A stretch of DNA of 64,000 nt from NCBI GenBank assembly GCA_039545335.1, contig BCIN01000006.1, positions 186,001-250,000 of the forward strand. The letters run 5' to 3'. The notes below the pieces were generated by a model. It was not told the origin of the DNA. It made no database searches and saw only the letters and a program-made list of their open reading frames with translations. Positions 22,926 to 36,329 of this stretch are shown here, one piece after another (within the stretch, counting starts at the first letter, position 1; the number at the start of each line of letters is the position of its first letter). The DNA is from Kondoa subrosea. Lineage: Eukaryota. The position numbers were made by a program, and so were the translations under genes.

Positions 22926-25900
22926 TTAATTACGCTCCTCGAGGAGCATTCTTCGACCGTTATCCAAGAACCAGGCGTTTTCGGACCAGAAGAGACATTC
23001 GGAACTAGTCTCTCCATGTAGAGCCGCTTGACGTAGAACGCCGGTAGCGCGAAGTCGCATTAAAACGTCCAGCAGTTCCGGTAAGAGTAACAGAGGGTGC
23101 AGGAACTCCAATATTTGAGCCTGTACCTAATGGTCAGATTCTGTGTACTACATGTTCAATGCAGACTTGCCTCTGTTGATCCAGAACGAGTCAAGATAGC
23201 GGCAACCACTCTTTTGCACAGCGTTTCGAAGAGACCTGGCACAGATCCGCCTTTCACATCCATCCATACACGGGGCAGTGCTAGTCGTCCATGTTCAACA
23301 GGGTCAGGAACAGACACGGCCCACGACTCGAAGTATAGTCTGGAAACAAGTCGAGGGGTATCGTATCCAGCCCAAAAGATCGGTGCAGAAGCTGTCAAGT
23401 TGTTAAAAAGAGGCGACAATGAAGAGACCTGTGCACCGAAATAGTCCTAATCCGGTCGGATGTCAGCGCATGTGCAGAGAAGTGCAAGAGCTCGATAGCC
23501 CACCGATAACAATGCAGCCGGAAGACCGTCTTTTTTGGCATGTTCAACCAGATCAATTACTTGTCTACTGAGCAGTCGTAGGTCTGAAGGCAGCGACTCG
23601 AGATATGCCTCTTTGATTTTGATGTACTGGTCTTCTGAAGGATCGTAGCCTTTGTGTAGTGGTCCCGCGCCGATATTTGAGAACTTTGCAGCCGGAAGAG
23701 GTGTTATATGAACGTCATTCTCAATATCGTCATCATCTGCAACGAACGAGTCAGACTCTGTACATCTAAATGCGACGAAAGCTCCTACCTAGTTTTCGGG
23801 AGATGTAGTCTTCTGACTTCGACGGATCTCGTTTGTCCAGGGTAGGAGTCAGATCGATTTTCAAGTCAAGCTGTGCAAGATGAGGCGCATTCTGTATAAC
23901 GATGACAAAGCTCACCTCATTGTGCGAGAATCGATCCAAGAGTGTAAACATATCGCCATCTTCGGGTGCAATTGGCCAGGTTAGAGTTTTGAAATCGATT
24001 TGGAGTTGTTGTTCCATAGCTGCTGCCGTTCTCATGGTCTCTTCAGGCAGACCTGATTGTAATATATCATTCCATCTTTCAAGCAAGTCTGAGCTAAATT
24101 GACATGTTGGGCAGGTAAGCACTGACCCAGGTCCAAAGACAAAGTTACGCCCCGGAACTCTTCGATTGGCCTCTGAATGAAGCTTCTTGATGGTTCCATC
24201 CTGAAGCATATGTGAAATGGCATCCTCGGTAGATTTTGTGTCCAAATTTTCCATCATGTGACGTCCATGATCAACTTCGTACTGATCCTCAGGCGTAGCC
24301 ACAAGAGACTGCACACATATAGTCAGCACAATGCCAACCATAGACTAACCACACGACCTTTACTGCAGCACATGCCCTCATCAAATCACGAGAAGCGGTC
24401 ATGGGTATTGAGATGCCAGTGCCATCTTCAGATACCCCGGAAGGATATGCATAAGCGCCGTAATTGGCATCCTTCTGCCTGATAGCCCCTGTTCCGCCAC
24501 TCCACCAGAATTGCCAGCGCTCCGCTGGTCGCCACGAGACTGGCTTGTCGACAGCATACTTGTCTTTGACTTCCGTTGAGTTGATTGGCAGATCATAGAC
24601 TGCATTTTCGGGTGCATCGACGAAAGCTCGAAGCCGACTATTATCACGAGATCAGCTTATCAAATATAAATGCATGAAAAAACCTACGCAGTTGGCTTAT
24701 CTACAGACTTGCGCAAATAAATAATAAAGTGACCCAAGCTGAAGCCAGCAGTGGAGCTAGGATCGCTTTCTGGCAAGAGTTGTGAACCTCGCATAGGGAG
24801 CCAAACGTTGTTCCACATCTTCATGATCTCCGCTAAGTAACGGTCTTCACCAGCTTTGCTGGCCATAACATCGAAGTGATTGTGAAGAGCACGAGTTGTG
24901 ATCGTGGGGAAAAGATCTTCAGCAGCCTTCCAGTTGTCAGCCGCATCCAGCAAAAGGCAACGCGAGCGCATGATGACCCAGTAATCACGGAGCATTTCGT
25001 CTGCTTCCTCGTTCCACCTCGTTCGCTTGCCTTTAGGCATAGTAAATGTTTGAGCTCGATGCATGAAAGCCTCTGAAACACATCATAAGTATAGGACATG
25101 GTCGAAGCTGACTCAGAATTCTTACCAGCTTCAGTGTTCGCCTGCGCAACTTCTTCTGCCGAGACTTCAGGCGGCGCTGAGGTCTGCTGAGGTATTTGAG
25201 CAGTGCTGACAGCAGCTTTAGGCGCTTTAGTCTTCTTCGTTGATGGCCCAGCTAACGAGGAGGAGGCAGAAGTTGTTTGAGGCGAAGCGGTATTGGGGAT
25301 CATGCCCTGTATCTCGTCAAGACGTTTCTGATTTGCAACGAGTGTTTCGAATTGCGACTCTGCCTCATCGATGGACAGACCGGGTGGTTGCATGAACAGA
25401 TTTCTCAGACGATCTAACTGAGGTCCTGGAGTGAATTGATGACCCAATTCCTGAGAGAAACGTTGAACAAGATCATCCCATTCGCTTTCCCGGAGTTTTG
25501 CGCCTTGTTTGTTCTTTCTAGCGAGAATATTTGCTACTTCGGCACCTGTTGGCTTTGATGCTGGTTCTTGAGTTTCGGCATCTTCATCGGACTCACCCGC
25601 AGCTGTTGAAGAAGCGCTGGAAGCTCTTGTCCTTGGTCTTACTTTGCCTTTGCCTTTGGCATTGCCTCTTGTCCGTTGAGCAGCACCGACCGGATCTTCG
25701 AGCTTTGCACTGGCCCACTTGAACTTGTTAAGAAATGACAATATAGCTGTTAGAGGTGCAAATGTCACTTCGCTGAGGCGCTCCAAGTCAGCCTTCGAGA
25801 ATTGATCGACTTGAGCCCGAGCTGATGCCTTGAGGAATCGTTTCTGCAAGGCATTCAGTATGTACCCACTGCGCCACCTCCTCTTGTCTTTGAGATCTTT

Positions 25901-28900
25901 TGCAAGTGCTTCTGGACCAGTCCATTGGGTGGGAAAGGCTCTTACGCGGTCAACAGGTAATGCTGCACCAACCGCAGCATCAGTGCTAGACGAGTCGGGA
26001 ATACATTGACGTTGCAGCTCATTCCAATAGCCAAGAGCCTCCGGGGAAGATTGAACAGACAAAGCTTTCACTAGACCTGGCTTCTCTTCGCTTGTTGTGG
26101 CAATATCATAGAGAGGTGCTTCTTTGGCGAGCAGCCAAGCTTTCGCGTCTTTTACAACATGGCAACGCTTGTAGTAAGAAGAGTTTGAATCGAGAGTCAG
26201 CTGAATGTCGGTGGTGAAAGCGCAAGCTTCCAGGGGAACCAATAGCTGTAGCTGGACCAGTACTTCAGCGATATGATACATCCGGTTCTTAGTCTTCGTC
26301 TGACCGCAGCCGACGATTTTCGATATATTTTTTGGCAAGTCATCCACAATGATTTTGCGGTTAGCTGGATCTTCGAGCAGTTCATCGAGCTCTTCGTCTA
26401 GCGCAGTGACAGGAACTAATTTCAGCATGTCGCCAAGAGTGATGTGTCGGAAGAGAATATTGAAATCAAACACTTTAGGTGTACTGATGTCGTTGTGATC
26501 AGCCGGTCTACTCAGAATAAGGGTACTGGAGCTGTTAGCAAAGAGTTCGAGCAGTATATGATGCAAGGCTTGTGCTCGAGAAAGTCGAGGAAGACAGTGA
26601 CCATACTTCTGTGAGATTGTTCTCCAATCGCCGCTCAAATGATTTTGGACCTTATCGCCGGCAGGATCTCCGCTAACGGCAGCAGCACGACGTTCTTGTG
26701 CATGGTTTGCAGCTTTGCGGCCATAAATTGAAGGCGCGGCTTGGCCTTCATTGGTTGGTGTACCAAAATTAGGCTTTCGAGCAGTTTTGAAAAGGTTATT
26801 CGAGTATTGCATGCTCTCGATATGGTTCTTCCATTGGTCGCTCTTCATATCGATAGTGGAGAGATACACCACTTTTCGAGGCTTCATGACTCCCAAAGCA
26901 TTGGGAATTGATACGACAACTCTTTTGATTAAGCCATTGCGCTCGAGTCCATTCGTGGCAGTCTCGAGAGTTCGCCGATCTACAACAGTGCTTGCAGTCG
27001 GTTCATGACGAAGGAAGATCTTGTAGTGCGCTCGACGCAACTCCATGCCTTCTTCTAAAATTCCGCCAGATTCAGTCAAGGCCTCAAGAAGTTCCTTTTC
27101 TCGAATGACACCAGAATGACTCTTGCGACTAGCTGGAACGGTAGACACTCGGGCTTTGGGAGCTTTGACAACGGCTTCTGGCTCATCATTCGTGTCGTCT
27201 AACTGCATGTCTCCTCCATCATTCGCAAGTAGCGGGTCTTCGTCAGTCCCAGCAGCTTCCGCGCCATTGATAATTTCAGCAGGAGGAGGAACGGGCTGCT
27301 GACCCCGATCTACAAAATGTTGCATGGCAGCTAAAGTTTCTGCCATTGCACGTTCATCTGCAGCATTTGGAGTGCCCGAGTCTGGTCAGAGCATCAGCGA
27401 CACGTAATCTTGTTTGGAGATGATATACCTTCAAACCGGGTGCGCTTATTGGCTGCAGGCGAGTTTAACACATCCGAGCCTTCAGTTGCTGTAGAAGTTG
27501 GTATCGATTTGCGCTTCGCAGTGATGACAGGTGATTCGGAAGCAGAAGTGACAGGAGGCATGGTCTCCGCAGATTTCGATGAGTTGCCGGGGAGCAGAGA
27601 GCCTGGTGCAGAGTACATTGCTGCGGAGATAGGCAATTTGTCAGGCAGCGGTGTCTTGCGCGGGCGACCTCTTCCTCGCTTGACTGGCGGTTCCACATCT
27701 TCTGGCTCAGGCAATGTAATAAGCGGAGCAGAAGGTGCAGGCGATGCTTCTTCAGGTGCTTCGCTGTTAGAAATTTGCCTTCGTGTACTAGAACGGCGAG
27801 ATGTGGCTCCCTGAGGCGTAGGCGGTGGCTCAATAGTGAAGTCAGGTTCTTCTCCTGGTAATACAGGACCTGTAGATGGTGGAAGGTTTGTACCTTGCCC
27901 ATTTGCATTCGGCCTATTCCTTTTAGCAGCAGGCTCTTGTCCTTCAACAGCAGCTGTACTTTTACGTTTCTTGCTCGCCCATTTCGGTGGAGGTAGTTGA
28001 TCAATAGGGACATCTTTGGGTTCGAAACGACGAGGATTAAGTAAAGTTCCATCTGCTTTGGTTTTTCTCTTGTAAGGAGCAGTAGGGGCATTTGGATCTT
28101 TCTTTGGGCGACCGAGCTTCTTGACAACATCGGGGTTGGCAGGCTTCTTTGGTTTCACTTTTGCTTTTGGCTTCTCTGAAGGTGGGTTTGCTGAACCCTC
28201 TACACCTCCCTCGTTTGTACCAGGCCCATCTTCAGTATCAGGAATGACAGCTTTAGCTTTGCCTTTTGCTTTGGCGGTTGGAGCCTTGGACTTGGGAGTT
28301 CCTTCGGGCCTTTCTTTCTTTTTGACAAATGTTTTCGCTGGCTTCTTTTTGCCCGATGCAGCAGCTTTGTTACCAGTCGTGTTGCGAGATTTATCACCTG
28401 TCCATTCGTCGAATTCATCAATCGAAAGATAGCACCCCGTTTGTTCCATTGGACCGAAATCACCAGCTTCTTCAGCATGCAACTTGTCTAGATGTTCAGC
28501 TGGAGTTTCGATACCATCGATCTGACATCGAGTATGATATCCTTGAAGACTAAAGAATCGGATTCGCTTTTGTCGACCAAAAGTCTCAATAACTGAAATG
28601 ACTAGGTAATCTGAAAGATGAGGTGGAAGAGGGTTGCGCTCCATTGAAGCGATCATAGCTTCTAGAGTCCGGCTTTCTATACTTCCAAGAGTATCAATGA
28701 TTTCCTATCCATACTGCGTTACAAACTTTCAATCGATTCATCATGTGATAAACTCACTTTATTGATCAAACCAACTTCGCCAGCGCTGAAAAGGACGTCT
28801 ATAATCTGTCTCTGAGCAGACATGGTGGACCATAAATGCGTGACAGAGCTAGTAGGTTCATCCGTTTCCGACTGAATTTGATCTACAGCAGCATCTTGCA

Positions 28901-30461
28901 TTGCTTGATCTTCCTCCACATCTTGTTCAGGAGGAGTCATCAGTTGTACTGTATACGTATGACTTCCACCTCTTCTCGCTGAAGGTACACCAACTCGAGC
29001 TACAATGCCTTCGCTTTCCATTGCCAGAACGATACTGTTGAGCTTTCTTCGAGCAGGAATACTGATGGTAGTGACATTGATAGCATGAATGATATCAGAA
29101 TGGACCATCCGACGTTCAGGTCGTTTCTTCAACACATGTATGATACGAGATCTGATCAGAGGTTCATTCGAATGAAGATGCATGAGATTGATGGGCGAGA
29201 ATTCGTGAGGTTTCAAGATCAAACTTGAATCGTCATCCGAGTCCACGGCAGCGGATTGAACACTTGCTGCGGTATCGGTCGCGATATGAGCTGCCCAAGC
29301 TGCTGATTTGTCCAAATATCGACGATGGATGCAGCGGTTTGTTGTCTGCTTCTTGTCAACGATGCGGAACTTGACACTGTGAGAAGAGGTGATCAAATTA
29401 GCACAAGATTGCGCCATTCTCGGATCATGGCTCACATCAGATTTAGCTCCAAGAGAGACTTGACGAAATGAAAGATGGATTTCTGATCATGAGCAAACTC
29501 ATGGCCGATATCAACAACAGTGACGCCATTCTCTCTTCCCTTGGCAATACACTGAAGAACACCATAGACATAAGGTGTGAGCTTGTTTGGCTGTGAAAGG
29601 CAGGACCATTGAGCAAAATGTTTGCTTTAAACAGCGACTGAAGCTCACTCTAGCATGACTTCCAGTCAGAGAAACCCAACAAGTCTCGCTATCGACAGCG
29701 ATTCGAAGCTTATCACCAAATCGAGCACTCAAAGTTTCCATTGAATTCCAAGCCGGTGTTTCATCCGACTCTACCGCAGCTTGAGGTCGTTTAGCAGGAA
29801 CAAAGATTTTCGATTTGCCTGCTTTTCTACCATCGCCCAACTTTTGAGCTCGAGGGATACCTTTCTTTTTCCCTTTACTCTTTGGAACAGGTTCTTCCTC
29901 TTCTTCTTCTTCTACAGGAGTATTTCCAGGATTAGCATTCTCCAAAGAACCGACTTGAGTGTTTGGAAGTTGAATGAGTTGCGACCAAACGAATTGGACG
30001 AAAGCTTCATCAACGTTTTGAGGACTTGAGTGAGATGAGTAAAAATCGGTAATGAAGTTTGTTAGCAAAGATAGAGACACTCCTGTTTAGCAAACGCAAA
30101 TGCCTTTCGTTAGATCGCTCCTATATGAGAAGATATTGGGTTCAAAAGTAAATTGAGAGCAAAGGGAATCGAAAGCGGGTGACCTTGAAAAAAAAGGTAA
30201 TGCGGCATTGTTTTGAATTCCAGTCGCGCAGAGAGCAAATGAAGCAGACGCGATGATCGGACAGTAGCTGCAATGCAAGCAGGCGCAAATGATATAGCTG
30301 GCATAGCACAATGCAAACGTAATCCACTTTTGGGAATGCAAGCACAGGCGTACAGCAGGCTTTGAAATGGGAAGGGAAAGAGAAACACAGAGCAGAGCCT
30401 TACCTTCTTCTCCGCTCATAGCCAGCTCATCGATAAGATGACCAATCAGAGCATCAAACAT
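22926..30461 (-). CDS. TFC3: RNA polymerase III factor TFIIIC B-block-binding subunit (Tfc3/Sfc3/GTF3C1-like)
   Basis: N-terminus MFDALIGHLIDELAMSGEEG, LRIAVDSETCWVSLTGSH, repeated winged-helix-like segments, AT-hooks (KKLGRPKK, KRGRGRPRK), VVDRRTL, RAQALH, and C-terminal FWAGYD...PRVWMDVKG. About 2100 aa when spliced. Confidence 0.82.
30206..30356 (-). ncRNA. Candidate intronic box H/ACA snoRNA
   Basis: Lies inside the unusually long first intron of TFC3: hairpin (GCTG...CAGC), ANANNA box ATATCA (30295-30290), hairpin (TTTG...TCGCG/CGCGA...CAAA), ACA (30211-30209). Folded by eye only. Confidence 0.25.
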
Positions 30462-31006
30462 TTTTGACTCAGGTTTGGGCAATTGTCGAGCTGTTTCTTC
30501 TGATTTGAGGTGAGCTGGTTAGTCACAGGAGCATATTCCAAGCGGGGCGGGGTATCCGTGGCCTCTCTTGGAGAGGAAGCCCTGTAGGCAGTTGTTGATT
30601 GTAGAAAGTTAAGCCGGCTTATGTTTCACTCGAGGCCTAGGTAAGGTTGTCCTGTGATAGCCAAGACTGCAGAGACAGAGTCCACAGCAAGACGAGGCGT
30701 CGGACAGCTGCCAATTCTCGAACGCCTGTTCGCTTTGTTCTCCTGAGCGCTGATTGCCATTCGTCACCTGGTCCAATCTCAAGAGCAAGTGCGGGTCTGC
30801 TACTGGCTTTCCTAGATCTACGTTCGGTCTTTGCATTGAATACGTAATCTGCCGCAAGTAAGGTCTCAAGCAGCCGATCTGCTATCGCGACATCTGGCTA
30901 CATACCGGAATCTCTCTACTCGTCAGTCCAAGTCAAGGCTTATCAGACTCTTCTCTCAATCTCACAAGGGTCACATAGCTCTCTCTTCTTTCCTTCAATT
31001 AGCAAT

Positions 31007-31952
31007 ATGGCCGAAACTGATCGTCAAACGGTAGCACCAACTTCTGGCATATCTCCTTTCGTCCGCTCACCTTCCTACACTTCCGCTTCACCTTGGGCAT
31101 CATTCTCTTCTCAATCATCACAACAAAGGGACAAAGAAGCTGCTGATCGAGTTGCGAGTTCAAGAGCTCAATTTATCGATGCTGATGCTTCAACTTCGAA
31201 CGCCAATGCCGAAGAACAGAGACCGATGGTTAGATCTCAAACTATTGATGTAGGTCTCCTGGCGGGCGAATTAGCATTAGCTAATTGCTTGTTTGGTTGA
31301 TCCTACAGGAAATGTATGCTGCGCCGGAAAGTGTGCTAGAAATCGAAGTACGAGAACCAAGAACGCATGGTAAGCTTCATCAATCTCACATGAAAATCAC
31401 CTCAGTATAATGCGACAGATTTCGGTCGAAAGATGTACACGGATTATGAAATTATATGTCGAACGAATATCCCAGCTTTCAAAGTTCGCTTCTCTAGTGT
31501 GAGAAGAAGATAGTGAGTCATTCTTATTATTCAGCTGAGACGGGAAAGCCTGAAATTTGAATTTAGTTCCGATTTCGAGGCATTCAGAGATGTGTTGGAA
31601 AGAGAGTCGACGAGGGTGAATATTCCACCTCTACCTGGAAAGGTCTTTACAAATCGGTATGTCAGGCCTACAGCCGCTTGTGTGTTAGCTCTAAAGCAAA
31701 TGCGATAGTTTTACGGATGAAGTGATTGAATCTCGAAGAGAAGGACTGGAACGCTTCTTGCAGATTGTTGCTGGTCATCCTTTACTACAAGTACGTCCCG
31801 TATCAACTCACTACGTGCTCATCTAACGCGTTGTGATAGACTGGTAGTAAAGTCCTTTGCGCCTTTTTGCAAGATCCATCATGGGAGTAAGTTGTTCTTC
31901 ATTCCTTTCTTGTATCTATGCTGACTACATGTACAGTCGATCTGCATATTGA
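31007..31952 (+). CDS. SNX3: Sorting nexin-3 (PX domain)
   Basis: [95 protein letters not shown]. 6 introns. Confidence 0.95.
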
Positions 31953-32543
31953 ATCTGTACCTGACCTGAAACAGCTGCAATTATGAAGGATAGGTGAAGC
32001 ATTGAGCGTATTGTGTCTGTTCGAGTTCGAGAATGGAATGTATATAGAAGAGACATCTGCACACCACTATCGATAGCATGTATGGATTCTCGAGTTTCCT
32101 CACAGGAAAACTCGTCAACGAAATTGCAACCTTGCTTCTTCCTGCGAATCACCATGTTCCAAATACAGCAAGATATGCATTCACGTTTGACCGGTATCTG
32201 AACCTCGCAGCAGTCATTCTTTCGGCTTCACGAATTGCTTCACGAATTGCGAACGAGTGATCCAACTCTTTCCAAGTTTCCCAGTTCCTTCACACCTCGC
32301 TGAACTCATGTCAAGCTGGGATCGTGCTATGCCAACGCTCTAGACTGTTATACATTCCATCTATTTTCAGACGTATTCCTCTCTAATTCGAGAATTCCTG
32401 CCCTCGTTGGTGCAAGTGGGCCTTCCACCGATCGTCGCTTGTTTTTTGATCAACGGTCTTTTCAAAGGTATTTTTGGCTCCTCATGCTCCTTCAGTATTT
32501 TCTGCTCTTGTTGCTTCTCGCGTCGTCCATTTGATTTGTGGAA

Positions 32544-34554
32544 ATGGGAGCGATACAACTTCCTTTGTCGCCTGTCATGTTACAAAATCACAATCATTAC
32601 AAAATCCCAAGTAGCAGAAGACGCGCGCTCAGGATATTCCCTCTTCTAACGCTATTGCTTGGATGCGTTGGTCTCTTTTGGCTGGCGTTTGGTGCTGGCG
32701 ACATCTTTGTGGCAGACGCAAGATCTGAAATGGAAACATCAGCGGATCTGCGTCCCAATTACACTCGACTACAGGATGGTGAGACACAATAAACTCGTCT
32801 CGGTTGTTCGAGCGCTTAAGTAAGGATTCTAGACTATTCAACACTCAGCAATTCCTGCGATATTACAGAATTACACTTCAAGATGTTGGATGATCCTAAG
32901 AACTGGGTCGTAAAAGGTGACATGGAGCAGAGAGAGCTTTGCATCAAAATCTAATGCTTCTTTATAGACGTATATGACACAACATTACAGCAGTGGAACT
33001 TCACAGTGAAACCCAGCGATGCTTTGCGTAGAACTGCCGGGATTCGTTGCTTGACATGGGCTATCTTTTCGGCGAGGCTTCGGAATGTGCGTCGCGCACG
33101 TATCAGGCTCTGCGTATGGCTAAACTTTCGAAACAGGACGATGAATTTTACTTCGCGTTGGATGAACCGCGACAAGTCAATCCAGCAGAATACCTCTTTG
33201 TTCTTCCTGGTGGTCTCGATTTGCCAACGAACGACTACTACGTCGAAGTTACGCTAGAATTTGGACGCTTGCAAGGCGGTCAAACTGGTCAGATTTGTCC
33301 TCGAGGAGTGGATTTCTGCCAGCCTACCGAAGTAGCAGCATTGACGACTTCTTCACCTTCTTTCGTTGGCCGTCCTCTGCAGAAAGTACAGCTCCATTAC
33401 ACTGACCATTGGATCGCAAACATACCGCGCGGTATCTGCTCAGATTACAGCAACATGAAAGGATATTGGCAAAATGAAAGCTTCTTCCCTCTGGATTGCG
33501 ACTTGGGAGACTCAGCCCTGCCCTTCGACTTACCGAAAAGCAGTCAGCCTCATTGGCTTCATTTCGTTGGTACGTAAGGTTTCCTTCCTTGCTGTTTATG
33601 TGTCACTGACAGATTGAATAGGCGATTCCAATGTGCGCAACATGTTCAAGTTCCTCAGCAAGAAGATTAAGACCAACTGTAGTGGACCGTCTTTCACCAT
33701 TCGAGGCGCTGATGGCCATACAACAGACGATCGCGCTCTCTTCATTGCTGTGTTTGCGACTTGTCATGCTGAAGACGCATCCGTACCAAGTTCTGATCAA
33801 GTCAATCTCATTCTTACCTACTCTTGGCATTTCCCAACCCAACATCAAGTTGAATGGGCAAAAGACGCTAAAGAACTAATAAGGATGAGCGGCTCTTCTT
33901 TACCTGATCTGTTTGACTATTATGGCGTGGACAATTCGACCTTTGGTTCTAGATTTGCTCAAGACATGGTTGCTTCTTCAAAGTATCGGTTGCAAGACTT
34001 GAAGCCGTCTCGAACTTTCCTTACTTTCGGTTCTCACTCTGTCGAAATGCAAACAAGTGGGAGTGAGCTCCAGTTGGACTACTTTTTGACTCGACTGCAA
34101 GGAGCGCACTTGTTGCCGAAGAATGCAGAAAAGGATGAGCGCCATTTCAGATTCATGGCTTTGACGTGAGTTTCACTCAAGACTTCATCCCAATACATGC
34201 TGAGTTTGGATGATAAAGATCTGTATCACCTCGTCTAATACCTCATGGTTTCACAAATCAAGATCTCATGCGTAATAGGGTGTCAATAGCACGAAAGAAC
34301 GATATCATGCGTCAAGATCCTCGTCTCAGGAATCGCTTGATAGATTTCGATACCGAAGGGCCAGCGTTACGGAAAGGCAGAACCGATGGTGAGTCTTCAT
34401 GCTAATACCAAAATCGTAGCTAATGTTTTGGACAGCTGTCCACTTACATCCTGGTCCGCTTATGTACGAGCAATGGGCTGATCTGCTGCTCACTTCATGG
34501 CTCGGAAGCAAGATGAAGGTGAAACAGCGGAATACGTTGGAAAAGGGGAACTGA
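32544..34554 (+). CDS. Type II membrane SGNH/GDSL-like protein (NXPE/PC-esterase-like O-acyl esterase or transferase)
   Basis: N-terminal TM (LRIFPLLTLLLGCVGLFWLAFG), beta-rich Ig-like region (FSARLRN...YYVEVTLEFG), C...MKGYW, WLHFVGDSNVRNMF (GDS serine motif across an intron), TFGSH, and C-terminal DAVH (DxxH). Confidence 0.68.
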
Positions 34555-34728
34555 CTACTCGTTTTGGACGGACATTGAACATGGACAATGACACACATAG
34601 CATCACGATTGTACACTAAGACAGCATAGCACCTAAAGGTAGACTATTTATCACAAATTGACCGACGCTGCCAGGCTGCATATGTATTACGTAACGCATT
34701 CTTGACTTTTATCAGCGATGTTGGAACA

Positions 34729-35717
34729 ATGCCTTTGTCTCGTTTTATACCCAATGCGATCAAGCAGATCTCCTTTGATTCGCTCTCTGCGGCTGCCTTC
34801 CAGCGGATCAGCAGCTCGCCCTCTGCCCAACCTTTGCATATAATTCCAAGTTCCCCTTCTACTTCTCTAGCAAGACCTGATCTACTCGCTCTTCTTTCAT
34901 CATTTGTGCGTATCGTATGCTGCTTATTGGTAAATCCACAATAATAGATACCAGGATCGGATGGTCGAGATTGAGCTAGGTCGCTATGATCAAGCACAAT
35001 TCGAGAAAGTCTCGCTACCTTTGTCGGCGTACATCGATTGGTTGAAAGAAGGAGGTAGTCAAGTTTCAGGAAAACAGATGTATCTTGCTCAATCAAATCT
35101 CTGGCATGATGTGAATCTTTTCTCATCTCTGCTCTTTGAGATTTGGTTTCTCATTTTCATTGGGTTAGATACCTGAATTGAAACAACACTTTCCTCCCCC
35201 TCCCTTTCTGGCTGAAAACATTCAGAACAAGATCATCGATCTCTATCAAGCATCTCTTTTCCTAGGGCCAACAAGAGCTGTTCGTCTTTTCTTTCTATTG
35301 ACCTCTTGTACGCAATTACTGAGCTGTCCGCGATAACAGATCACACCATTACATTTCGATCCTACTGCAAATATTTTTGAACACCTCTGTTCTTCACCTA
35401 CTGTTCAAACAGGCAAACATTTCCTCTGCTTTCCTCCTTCCTCTTCTTCACAATCAGGATTGATTAGTTCTTCCGGTCACCGCAATACTTCTCATCTCGA
35501 ATTCACTATCGCCTCAGATATGAAAGAAATCAGTACGATTCAAGACATAGATGAGAAATTGGTCAAAGAAGCTAGGAGTTGCCTGTTGAAAGAAGGAGAA
35601 ATGTTGTTCCTGCCTCCGAGGTGGTGGCATAGAGTTGAAAACGTTTCTGTCGAAGAAGAGAATAAGAAGAAGGGAGGATGGTGTGCTGGATTAGGTTGGT
35701 GGCATAAATTGAGATGA
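34729..35717 (+). CDS. JmjC/cupin-8 2-oxoglutarate Fe(II) oxygenase (JMJD5/KDM8-like)
   Basis: VEIELGRY, YLAQ, LFLGPTRA.TPLHFDP (HxD), GKHF, RNTS, LKEGEMLFLPPRWWHRVEN. Confidence 0.87.
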
Positions 35718-36329
35718 GAAGATGTTAGTTGAGGTTAGTCTAGTGTGATTTTGTCCTGTGCTAGTACTGAAGACTGCGAGCAGCAAGAGAAGGGCAAACA
35801 ATGGATTGCAGAACAGTTCGCTTCTTGATTGAGCAAGCAGGAGCGAAACCTCAAGGATGGGATGTAAGTCTACTTCGCGATGCAACCTGCATACTAATGC
35901 GATTCCCGTGCAGCCTTGTTAGAGCCTTGTTGACCGGGTCTTTGGCTTGTGGACGTTCGCTCATACAGTGCTAGTATTGGTTGCTTCAACACGTTCGGTT
36001 CATTGAAATGCAAGCAAAAAGGACACTACTTCCAATTGGCGGAAGGCTAGAGCACAGAAGTCTGTTGCACAGCGTGTACATAGCATTATCTCTTTGTGTT
36101 CGATTTTGCCCATTTTCGAGAATTCGTATTCGCGGGAATTCGCATTCCAACATTAAGGCTCCTTGTGTGTGTATTTCACTGTTGCTCTTATACCATCCAC
36201 TTGTCACCAAGTGGTCTGTACTGGAATCGGCACTATTCTTCCTAGGCTCGCTTGCCCAAGACCAACAAATTTCGACACCACACTCTCCCTTGGACACCAA
36301 CCGTCACCCTTTCTTTACTGTAGCCCATC

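Noticed and set aside
32227..32250. Direct repeat TTCACGAATTGC x2
   Set aside because: Only two copies with no spacers or associated element; not CRISPR-like or transposon-like.
34552..34581. TGA-CTA readthrough context at the SGNH gene stop
   Set aside because: The extension would be xLLVLDGH*, which is not a PTS1, and the protein is a secretory-pathway type II membrane protein.
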